A stretch of DNA of 64,000 bases. Source: the human T2T-CHM13v2.0 reference genome, Homo sapiens. The notes under the pieces are model-generated. The model did not search any database and had not been told where the DNA came from. It saw only the letters and a program-made list of their open reading frames with translations. The stretch is from assembly GCF_009914755.1 (NCBI RefSeq), contig NC_060943.1. The stretch is one strand, 5' to 3'. Below, in pieces: positions 44,575 to 64,000 of the stretch (the first letter of the stretch is position 1; the number at the start of each line of letters is the position of its first letter). The position numbers and the translations under genes were made by a program.

Positions 44575-45870
44575 CCATCCATTTGTCATTCATTTTTTTC
44601 TTCCTTCCATTCATCCAACCATCTATGCATCCATCCTTTCATTCACCTTCCTACTCTTCCATCCAATTACCCTCCCATCCATTCATTCATCTCTCTATCT
44701 ACCTCCCACCCTTCCATTCATCTATCCATCCATCCACCAGCCTCCCACCCACCCATCCATTCATCCATCCATCTATCCATCCATCCATCCATCCATCCAT
44801 CCATCCATCCATTAATTCACCTTCCTACTCTTCCATCCAATTACCCTCCCATCCATTCATCCATCTATCTACACTCCCACCCTTCCATTCATCTATCCAT
44901 CCATCCATCCACCGTCCTCCCACCCACCCATCCATTCATCCACCCATCTTCTCTGCCACCCTTCCATCCATCTACTGCCCCATCCATCCATCCATCCATC
45001 CACCTTCCCACTCTCCCATCCATCTATCCTCCCACCCTTCCATCCATCTATCCATCCATTCACTCATCCACCCACCCATTCATACATCAGTTGTCCATTC
45101 ATCCAATCATCTACCCACCCTTCCATTTATCCATCAATTCATCTATCAAACCACTTTCCTCTCCATCCATCCATCCATCCATCCTCCCACCCATCCACCC
45201 ATCCATCTACCCACCCTGCTACCTTTCCATCCATCTATCCCCCATCTCTAAATCCATCTACCCTCCCACTCTTTCATTCATCTACTGTTCCACTGTTCCA
45301 TCCATCCACCCATCCACCCATCCATCCATCTATCCATCTACCCTACCACTGTTTCATTTATCTAGCCCCATTCATCCATCCACCCATCCGTTATTCATCG
45401 ATTCATCAAATCATTTACTCACCTTTTCATTAATCTATCCATCCATCCATTCATCAAATCACCTTCCCATCCTTTCATCCGTCCATCCACCCACCCTTCC
45501 ATCCACTCACCCACCTACACACCTTTCCTTCCATCCATCCACTCACCCATCCATTCATCCATTCATTCATCCTTCAACCCTTTCTTTCTTCCTTCCTTCC
45601 TCTCTTCTATCCACCCATCAGTCATCCACCCCTCTACCCACTTATCCTTCCATTTTCTTCATCTGATCATCTTCCATTCATTCACTTACGCCTCCACCCA
45701 TCCACACACTTAGCCATTCATCAACTTTCTCACTTCAATTTCATCGAGAAACTGATTCCTCCATCTACCCATCTACCTGCCCATCCATTCACCCACTCAC
45801 TCATCCAACTAGCCACCTGTCTACCCACTCATTTACCTCCATTCACCCATCTATTTATCTGCCCACCCAC
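44575..45870 (+). repeat. (TCCA)n/(CCCA)n degenerate array, about 1.3 kb
   Basis: Direct reading; internal duplicated block at 44641 and 44815. Confidence 0.95.
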
Positions 45871-47185
45871 AATCTCTCACACTGATTGTGAGACCACTGA
45901 GTTCACTTGTGGTTCAAATGTCAGAGCTCCTTACTGTGCCACATGACCTGGCAGTGAGAGCTGCACTCCCCAGGCACATTATTTTCAAAATAGAAATGCT
46001 AAGAGACACTAAGTACAATGCATGGAGGAGTTGATTTAGGGGCAGCCACTAGAATGCTGTGTTGAGGATTCTAAGACTGAAGCTAGCTTAGTGGGAAAGA
46101 GTGTGTATTTGTTAGAATATAGGCTCAGATGTTGTAAAAAAAAATGGCCAAAATATCAGTGGCTTAAATAAGATAGGAGTTTAATTCTCTCTTTTGAAAT
46201 AGTTCAAGCAAAAGCAGAGGCAAGAGGGAGTCTTTAGGGTGTCTGGGACCCATACTCTTTCAGTCTGGCGCTCTGCCATTTTCAGTGTAGGGCTGTCCTC
46301 GTTGGCCCAATATAGCTGCTCCAACTCCTACCATCAAGATGGCATTCCAGCCAGTGGGGAATAGGAGAAGCAGATGGCAGGCCTCTTCATTTTAAGGGCA
46401 CGACCTGGAAGCAGAACTAAATATTTCCACTCCTGTCTCATTGGCAAGAACTTGGATATCTCCAACTGTAAGGAAGCCTGGGAAATATGTTTTTATATTT
46501 TTATTTTTATTTTTACTTTTTATATGGAGTTTTGTTCTTGTCGCCCAGGCTGGAGTGCAGTGGCGCAATCTCGGCTCACTGCACCTCTGCTTCCCAGATT
46601 CAAGCCATTTTCCTGCCTCAGCCTCCCAAGTAGCTGGGATTACAGGCACATGCCACCATGCCTGGCTAATTTTTGTATTCTTGGTAGAGACAGGGTTTCA
46701 CCATGTTGGCCAGGCTGGTCTCAAACTCCTGACCTCAGGTGATCGCCTACCTTGGCCTCCCAAAGTGCTGGGATTACAGGGTTGAGCCACTGTGCTCAGC
46801 CAGGGAAATGTGGTCTTTGTGCGGATAACTATGTACTCAGCTAAAACCTGTAGGCTTTTGGGTTTTATTACTAAAGGTGAGATGATAGAATGACTATGGG
46901 GGCACAAATCGCACATAGTGCTGTGATTGATTAATGATGTCTGTCATGGCACAGGCATAGGAAGTTACAGCTTAGCGTGACATTTTTCTCATCTCTGGGG
47001 CAGGGAAATGTTCTGTGTTTCAGATCCACTGTGCCCCGCTGTACATCCTCTAGTTCTGTTAAAGTTGAGAAAGTTCTTACCTGTGTGGACTTCAGTTTGT
47101 TCATTTTTAATATGAAAAGTATGGCCAGGCATGGTGGCTCACGCCTGTAATCCCAGCGCTTTGGGAGGTTGAGGCAGGTGGATCA

Positions 47186-47606
<421 letters not shown>

Positions 47607-47662
47607 TTAAAAAAAAAAAAAAAAAAAAAAGCTGGTCATGGTGGTATGTGCCTATAGTCTCA

Positions 47663-49039
<1,377 letters not shown>

Positions 49040-49211
49040 TTACTCCAGGACATTCAGAAAGTTCAGTTTCTTAGTGTCTAGGCCCACGTTTTCTCCAATA
49101 TATCTTGGCCCTTCTCTCTCTGCAGTGATATTTTAATCAAACTCCACCAGGCAGAGATCCTTGGGGTGTGTTTGCCCAATTCATTGGCAAATATATATTT
49201 TTTTTCTTTAG

Positions 49212-49646
<435 letters not shown>

Positions 49647-49707
49647 TGAGCCACCGTGCCCGGCCATGGCCAATGTGATTTTGTTTCTGAGTTTTCTTCA
49701 ACTAAGG

Positions 49708-49907
49708 CAGGGTTTCTCAGCCATGGCATTGCTGACTTCTGGGGCTGAATCTTTCTCTGGGATGGGGTTGTCATGCGTTGCTGGGTGTTGAACAGCATCC
49801 CTGGCCTGCACCCACCAGATGGCAGTACTGTCCTTGAGCATCCTTGTCCCCATTGTGGCACCTCAAGATGTCTCCAGAAACCGATATGTGTCCGCTGGGT
49901 GAGCACT
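49708..49907 (-). mobile_element. MER20 DNA transposon
   Basis: cagggtttctcagcc...agcatccctggcctgcacccaccagatggcagta...atgtctccaga is the reverse complement of MER20. Confidence 0.75.
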
Positions 49908-50173
49908 GCTAGACTAGACAGACACTTATGACCACACTGTGATGCAGTCCCCTTCCCTACCTAAGAGCGAAGTGAATGTCACAGGCCAGAGTGTGAATCT
50001 GTGCATCTGAGTCTGCGAATCTAATCCTTGCTGTGCAGCTTTGGGCAAGGGACCAAATCTCTCTGTGCCTCAGTTGTCTTATCTGTGAAGTGGGGGGCTC
50101 ATTAGAGGACCCCATAGCTGAATACTTGGACACAGGAACTGAGATCATTGCTGTTGCCTCTGTGTGGCTGCAG

Positions 50174-50296
50174 GCATCACCGCCATGGCATGGGGTGTGG
50201 AGGAGAAGCTGCTGGTGATTGGCACCCAGGATGGCATCATGGCTGTGTGGGACATGGAAGAGCAGCATGTGATCCACATGCTAACTGGACACACAG
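50174..50296 (+). CDS. NWD1: NWD1 coding exon 10 (123 nt), WD40 repeat GITAMAW...GTQDGIMAVWD...LTGHT
   Basis: ctgcAG acceptor, CAG|GTGAGA donor, phase 1-1; WD and GH dipeptides. Confidence 0.95.
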
Positions 50297-50909
50297 GTGA
50301 GACTTGGGAAGTGGGCTTTGTGGTCAGCTTCCATAGTGAAAAGTTGGTTCTCAGAGCCCCTTCCCCACAGATTCACTTCTCTGTATTGAAACCCTGGCCT
50401 TTGTTCCTGCATCACTTAGCTATAGTTGCATAATGAACCATCCCCAAACACAGTAGTTTCAAACAAGCCATTTCTTTTTCTTTTTAAATATGGGATCTCA
50501 CTGTATTGCCCAGGCTGGAGTGCAGTGGTGTGTTTATAACTCACTGCAGCCTCAAACTCCTGGGCCAAGTGATCCTCCTGCCTCAGCCTCCTGAGTAGCT
50601 GGGACTACAAGCACATACCACTATACCCAGCTAATTTTTTAATGTTTTTAGAAATGGGGTCTTGCTATGTTGCCCAGGCTGGTCTGAAACTCTTGGGCTC
50701 AAGTGATCCTCCCTCCTTAGCCTACCAAGTAGCTGGGATTACAAATTTGAGCCACAAACAAGCTATTTCTTTAGCTCACTTCCTGTGCATTGGCAATGCA
50801 GGCTGGACGCAGCTGGGCAGTTTTCTGCTCTCAGCTGGGCTTGCTCATGTATCTGCAGTCAGTCAGTGGATTATCTAGGAGCTGGCTGAATCTGAATATT
50901 TTCAAATGA

Positions 50910-51167
<258 letters not shown>

Positions 51168-51422
51168 TAGTAGAGACGGGGTTTCACCGTGTTAGCCAGG
51201 ATGGTCTCAATCTCCTGACCTTGTGATCCACCCACCTCGTCCTCCCAAAGTGCTGGGATTACAGGCGTGAGCCACCGTGCCCAGCCAAAGGCAGGGTTTC
51301 AAGAAAACAAGTAGGCACTCACAGAATCTCTTAAGCCTGGACTTGGAGTTGGCACCTGGTCACATTCACATTCTCTTGACCAAAGGAATTCACAAGAGCA
51401 GTCCAGTAGGGAAATAGGCTAA

Positions 51423-51671
<249 letters not shown>

Positions 51672-52735
51672 TAGAGACAGGGTCTCACTATGTTGCTGAG
51701 GCTGGTCTCAAGCTCCTGAGCTCAAGCAATCCTCTCGCCTTGTCCTTCCAAAGTGCTGAGATTACAGGTGTGAGCCACTACACCCAGCCTAGGCTTCATT
51801 TTTTGATGGGAGGAGCTGCAAAGTCACATTGCCAAGGATGTGGATCAGTAAGGGTAAAGAATTGTGGTCCTTTTTGCATTTGTCGACCTCAGATCCTAAG
51901 TAAGGTTGTTTATTTCTACATAGTCCCTTAACAGATATGGCTTATTTCTGTAATCAATTGTTGAGTGCCTGCTGAGTACCAGGTCCTGTTCTAGATGCTG
52001 AAGAGAGATAGACGAGGGTCGGGACTAGGATGGAAAACTATTCATTCTTGAAGACTAATCTCAAGGGTCCTCCCTTTGGGAGAGATGATTCCCACAGTAG
52101 AGTTCATAACTAGCTACCTTGTGCTCTCCTGCAGCTTGATATACATAGGACCACATTGGCTAAGACTACAGTTGGCTGGGCGTGGTGGCTTATCCCAGCA
52201 CTTTAGGAGGCTGAGGCAGGCAGATCATTTAAGCTCAGGATTTTGAGACCAGCTTGGGCAACATGGTGAACCCACATCTCTACAAAAAATGCAAAAATTA
52301 GCCAGGCATGGTGGTGCACACCTTTAGTCCCAGCTACTTGGGAGGCTGGGGCATGAGAATCGCTTGAGCTCAGGAGATTGGGGCTACAGTGAGCTGTGAT
52401 TACACCACTGTACTCTAGCCTGTGCAACACAGCGAGACCCTATCTCAAAAAAAAAAGCAAGACTACATTTATTTGTTGACCTGAGATCTTATTACTATTG
52501 TTTGAGGGCAAGGGTTATGTTTTATTCAACATACTCCATGCTTATTTGTTGAATAAATAAGTTAAAATATCCCATGTGTTTAAAAAATACATTTAACAGA
52601 ATCAAGTCATCGAAAATTAGCTTTAGAAAGAATCTAATCTAGGCCAGGTGCAGTGGCTCACGCTTGTAATCTCAGCACTTTGGGAGGCCTAGGCGGGTGG
52701 ATCACAAGGTCAGGAGATCGAGACCATCCTGGCTA

Positions 52736-52954
<219 letters not shown>

Positions 52955-53116
52955 CTAATCTAACCCTTTTATGTAATTAAGAAAACAGGTTGGGCATTTT
53001 ATTTAATTAATAAAACAGGACTCACACCTGTAATCCCAGCACTTTGAAGATGGGAGGATCACTTGAGGCCCAGAATTCAAGACCAGCCTGTGCAACATAG
53101 CAAGACGTCACCTCTA

Positions 53117-53353
<237 letters not shown>

Positions 53354-53474
53354 TCAAATTTCTATTAGAGATGACATATTCAAATTTTTAAAAAATTTAA
53401 AGGGGTGCCCTAAAAGGCTCAATTGACAAGATACATAATATTATGACACAATCTTTTGAAAAATCAAAAGTTTA

Positions 53475-55320
<1,846 letters not shown>

Positions 55321-55645
55321 GAAGGAAGGGCAGGGGAGAGGAAAGAGCCTCCCAGGCACAGGGAGCAGCAAGTGCAAAGGCCCTGAGAGGGGAATGAGGT
55401 TGGCGGGTCTACAGAACAGCAAGGAAATCATGAGGCTGGAGCTCCAGAGATTATGTCAAATAAAAAGGAGCAGTCGGCTGGGCGCGGTGGCTCACGCCTG
55501 TAATCCCAGCACTTTGGGAGGCCAAGGTGGGCAGATCACGAGGTCAAGAGATCGAGACCATCCTGGCCAACATGGTGAACCCCTGTCTCTACTAAAAATA
55601 CAAAAATTAGCCAGGTGTGATGGCACACACCTGTAGTCCCAGCTA

Positions 55646-55885
<240 letters not shown>

Positions 55886-56227
55886 TTAGTGGTGGCCAGG
55901 GGTTAGGGGAGGGGAGTGGGGAGTGACTGCTGATGGGGACAGGGTCTCCTTCTGGGGGGTTGCGAATGTTCTGGAACTAGATAGAGTGATGGTTGCACAA
56001 CACTGTGAATGGCTAAATGCCACTGGATTGTTTGCTTTAAAATTATTAATGTGATAGGCCAGGCGCGGTGGCTCACGCATGTAATCCTAGCAGTTTGGGA
56101 GGTTGAGGCGGGCACATCATTTGAGGTCAGAAGTTCGAGACCAGCCTGGACAACATGGTGAAACCCCATCTCTACTAAACATACAAAATTAGTTGGGCAT
56201 GGTGGCGCATGTCTGTAATCCCAGCTA

Positions 56228-56335
<108 letters not shown>

Positions 56336-56446
56336 TCAAAAAAATAAAATAAAATAAAATAAAATAAACAAACAAAATTTAAAAAATTAACGTGATAAAG
56401 AAAAAAGAGGATGACTGTTTTCTGAGATTATGAAAATGTTCTGAAC

Positions 56447-56640
56447 TTATATATATATACACTTATATATACATATTTTAATCTATATTTTTGTGTATGT
56501 ATATATTTATGCTTTATGTATGTAAAACATAATATATATGTGTGAATAAAACATAAATATATACATACATGAAAGTATATATACATATATACAAAAACAA
56601 ATATATACATAAATATATAAATATATACTATATATATATT
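56447..56640. repeat. (TA)n-rich low-complexity repeat
   Basis: Direct reading of the sequence. Confidence 0.85.
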
Positions 56641-57305
56641 TTTATCAATGTTTTGCCATAAACATTCTTTTGTGTCCATTGACTCTTTTTTTTAAATTTT
56701 TTTGTTTTTGAGATAGAGTCCCACTCTGTCGCCCAGGCTGGAGTGCAATGACATGATCTTGGCTCCCTGCAACCTCCGCCTCCCAGGTTCAAGCAATCTT
56801 CCTGCCTCAGCCTCCCAAGTAGCTGAGATTACAGGCGCCTGCCACCACACCCAGCTAATTTTTGTATTTTTAGTAGAAACAAGGTTTTGCCATGTTGGCC
56901 AGGCTAGTCTCGAACCCCTGACCTCAACTGATTCACCCACCTTGGCCTTCCAAAGTGTTGGGTTTACAGGCGTGAGCCACTGTGCCAGCCTATTTTTATT
57001 ATTTTTACTTTTTTTTTTAGAGACAGGGACTCACTATGTTGCCCGGCTTGTCTCGGACTCCTGGGCTCAAGTGACCCTCCCACTTCGGCCCCTGAAAGTG
57101 CTGGGATTACAGGTGTGAGCCACCTGGCCCAGTCATATCCTTGTTCTGTTATTGTATTTTATTTCATTTATAATTTCCACCATCAATTTCACAGGGTACA
57201 TGTGCATGTCTGCTACATGGGTATATTGAGTGATGCTGAGATTTGGGGTACGAATGATCCCATCACTGAGGTAGTGAGCATGGTACCCAAGAGGAATTTT
57301 GTTAG

Positions 57306-57605
<300 letters not shown>

Positions 57606-58382
57606 TGAGCTCAGGCGATCTGCCCGCCTCAGCCTCCCAACGTGCTGGGATTACAGGCATGAGCCACCCTGCCCAGCCTGGGATTACTTTTATAAGGACA
57701 GTAATCCCATTCCCCAGAGCGCCATCCTCATAACCTAATCACAGCCTGATGAACTTTTTGTTTATTAAGCAGAATCTCCATTTGTCTGTTATATGTTGCA
57801 AATATTTCCTCCACATCTCTCATGATGTGCCTTCCAACTGCAGTTTATCCTCCTGAAGTTTTACATTTCTACATAATCCAGTTGGTCAGTTTTTCCCCTT
57901 TATGCCTTCCAAATTGTACGTTTTGCTTAGCAAATAGCTCTCTAAGATTATTATATTTATTTATTTATTTTGAGACAAGGTCTTGCTGTGTTGCTGAGGC
58001 TGGAGTGCAGAGGAGTGATCATAGCTCACTCCAGCCTCAACCTCCTGCGCTCAAATGATCCTCCCACCTCAGCTTCCCGAGTAGCTAGGACCACAGGTGC
58101 ATGCCACCCCACCTGGCTAATTATTTTTTTGCAAGATTATAAAAATGATGAGAGAAATCCTATAATTTTTCTAGAAGTTGCCCCTTTTTTACGTGGTTAT
58201 TAATTTTAGACACTCTTAGATGCTGAATCTTTATAAAACTCAATTATCTGTTTAGTATTCAACATCTGGGGCAACTGATTGACTCCCAACCAGTTGTGGC
58301 CCTCTGAATTTTGCTTTGCCACATTTCATTATTTTCCATTTGGACAGGTTCTATCAATTTAACCAACAGAGAGAGGCTCTCA

Positions 58383-58824
<442 letters not shown>

Positions 58825-58827
58825 TCA

Positions 58828-59046
<219 letters not shown>

Positions 59047-59050
59047 TCAA

Positions 59051-59102
<52 letters not shown>

Positions 59103-59151
59103 GGCCAGGCATGGTGGCTCATGCCTGTAATCCCAGCACTTGGGAGGCTCA

Positions 59152-59403
<252 letters not shown>

Positions 59404-59796
59404 TTACATAATTGTTTTGAAATAATTATCCTTGATTACAAAAATCAATAATGAGGGTGTGGCTGGACAGGAAGTTGCTGGGCAGATTGCCTTGCAGATG
59501 TATTTTTTCTGTAAGGTTGCAGTAGCCTTTGTGCAAGGTTGTGATTTTTGTAGTTTTTTCTGTTATTAGGCATACAAGCGTGAGAACTCTTTCTCCATAG
59601 CCTTCCTTTATAGCCTGTTTGCCAGGGTTTTCTTAATGTTATTGACTCCATTTTTATTCTGATGACTTTCACAATTCAATTCCATCCATCTTTTCTTTGG
59701 TAAATGAGGGTATTTCCAAGCTGACAAGCATTTTAATAGTTGCAAGGCCAAAATGTTCCCAGCTAATATACTCTCCCCTACCCTGGCCTGCTGCAG

Positions 59797-60005
59797 GAGA
59801 GGTGAGGTGTGTGAAAATATTTGCCAAAGGGACCCTCGCCATCTCTGCTTCAAAGGATTACACGCTGCACTTGTGGAACTTACTCTCTGGCCAGGAGAAA
59901 TTTACCATTTGGGATGGAGGCTCAAAAAATCCCGCTGAACCTCAGATCTGGAACCTTCATGTGGATGAGGCACACAAAGTTGTGTATTCAGCATCTGGCT
60001 CAAAG
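59797..60005 (+). CDS. NWD1: NWD1 coding exon 11 (209 nt), WD40 repeats (GEVRCVK...SASKDYTLHLWN...SASGSK)
   Basis: ctgcAG acceptor, AAG|GTAAC donor, phase 1-0; ORF 59697-60068. Confidence 0.95.
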
Positions 60006-60659
60006 GTAACAAACATATGCCCTGTTTGTAAAGGAAAGCTGAGACCAGAGCATTCAAAGACAGAATAGGCCATTTCTATAAGGAGGGCTCCCTGATACAG
60101 TGATGGGGTGGGGGTGTAAATGGAGTACACAACCACTTGAGAGGGTGCTATAAGAGGTTTCAGACTTCATAGTTGGATTAGACAATCCTGATAATTCTTT
60201 CTGACCCCAAGATTTGAAACCTTTCATCTTTTTTGAATATCAGCATTTTAGGGCTATAAATTTCCCTCAAAGTACTGCTTTACCTACATCCTGTAAATTT
60301 TGACGTGTGTTTTCATTTACATTCAGTTTAAAATACTTTCAGATTTCACTTTTGATTTCTTCTTTGATCCATGGGCTATTTAAAAGTATACTATTAGTTT
60401 CCAGATATTTGAGGAATTTCTGGATAGGGTCCTGTTCTGTATTTTTTTTCTAATTAAATTCCATTTTGATGATGTAAAACCTTTCAAATTCATTGAGACT
60501 TCTTTTATAGTCTCTCTCTCTCCTCTCTCTCTTTTTTTTTTTTTTTTTTTGAGATGGAGTCCTGCTCTGTCGCCCAGGCTGGAGTACAGTGGTACAATCT
60601 CAGCTCACTGCAACCTCCACCTCCCAGGTTGAAGTGATTCTCCTGCCTCAGGCTCCTGA

Positions 60660-60827
<168 letters not shown>

Positions 60828-61275
60828 TAGCTTGTTTTATAGTCTCTCTAAATGATCTGTGGGCTTCTGAAAACAATGTCTGTTCCACTGTGTTATTCCA
60901 TTACATCAATCATAACCCTGTGATTTCATAGTTTTATAAATGGAGACACACAATAACTTCGTGGGTGATAGCTTACTAATTGATGCCAGGAGGAAAAAAA
61001 ATCTTTATTTAACTACCAGTTGAGTTTCTTGGGAACTCAGTGACCTTGGTTGTGTCATTCACCATTCTGAGTCTTATTGCTGCCTCTTCCTCATAAGATC
61101 ATGAGACATATCCTGGCATAGTGCTTAGCACACTGTAAGCACCAAATAATTGATATCTATTTATTATTATGTTACATAAGTAATTGGTGGTTGTTGACAG
61201 TAATATCAGTGCATATAAATCATGCTGCCCAAAATAGGAGTCACCAACCAGATGTACCTATTAAACACTTGAAAT

Positions 61276-61460
61276 TCGGGGGGTAGGGGGTAAGGGGAGG
61301 GAGAGCATTAGGACAAATACCTAATGCATGTGGGGCTTAAAACCTAGATGACGGGTTGATAGTTGCAGCAAACCACCATGGCACATGTATACCTATGTAA
61401 CAAACCTGCACGTTCGGCACATGTATCCCAAAACTGAAAGTAACATTAAAAAAAAAATAA

Positions 61461-61491
<31 letters not shown>
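61276..61491 (+). mobile_element. 5'-truncated L1PA (L1PA8-like) 3' end with (TAAA)n tail, inserted in a MER33-like element (~61222-61712)
   Basis: gagagcattaggacaaatacctaatgcatg...aacaaacctgcacgtt; 13-bp TSD aaacacttgaaat at 61263-75 and 61492-504. Confidence 0.88.
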
Positions 61492-61590
61492 AAACACTTG
61501 AAATGTGACTGTCCCAACATGCTGAAATTCAAAGACCTAGTATAGTAAAAATAATATAAACCATCTCAATAATAATTTTTGTATTGATTA

Positions 61591-62441
<851 letters not shown>

Positions 62442-62521
62442 GTAAGCACCTTTACTGACTATGATGTGAACATTAACTCAGCTTGAAAGTGCTCAGATGT
62501 GCTAGAAGTTGGGAAAAATAA

Positions 62522-62929
<408 letters not shown>

Positions 62930-63017
62930 TGAAGCTCAGTCCTTCAGGGGATCTCTAAGACATGGTGTGGAATGAGGTTGAGAGTTGCGCCACAGAGGGA
63001 CTAGGAGTTGGGCTCTA

Positions 63018-63946
<929 letters not shown>

Positions 63947-64000
63947 TCATGACCTGTGGTCTTCATGAGTTCTCAAGGTACCAAATACAACAACGAAAGA

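Noticed and set aside
44572-45666. 364-aa and other HPS-rich ORFs (also 24944-25907 and 35099-35566)
   Set aside because: Translations of (TCCA)n arrays.

Overview
Human (primate) genomic DNA, very Alu-dense, covering most of the NWD1 gene (NACHT and WD repeat domain-containing protein 1; chr19p13 from my recall) on the + strand. Twelve coding exons were reconstructed by hand. All have AG/GT boundaries and compatible phases, and they splice into a 3213-nt open frame (codons 1-1071): an N-terminal DUF4062-like segment, a NACHT/STAND NTPase (Walker A GPPGIGKT, Walker B LLLDAMDD), a helical region and the first WD40 repeats. The promoter, upstream exons and 3' end lie outside the window. Introns are mostly Alu, with THE1/MST LTRs, Tigger and MER DNA transposons, L1 fragments, three (TCCA)n arrays and a 1.1-kb polypurine tract. 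The most notable observation is in the first coding exon: an apparent +1 C frameshift (2049-2050) breaks the family-typical N-terminus (MDAEREALQSTAYPEV-QTFC). The likely ancestral ATG now opens a 27-codon overlapping uORF, so the gene must start at a weak out-of-frame ATG 4 nt downstream or at Met207. Repeat coordinates and subfamily names are by-eye approximations.
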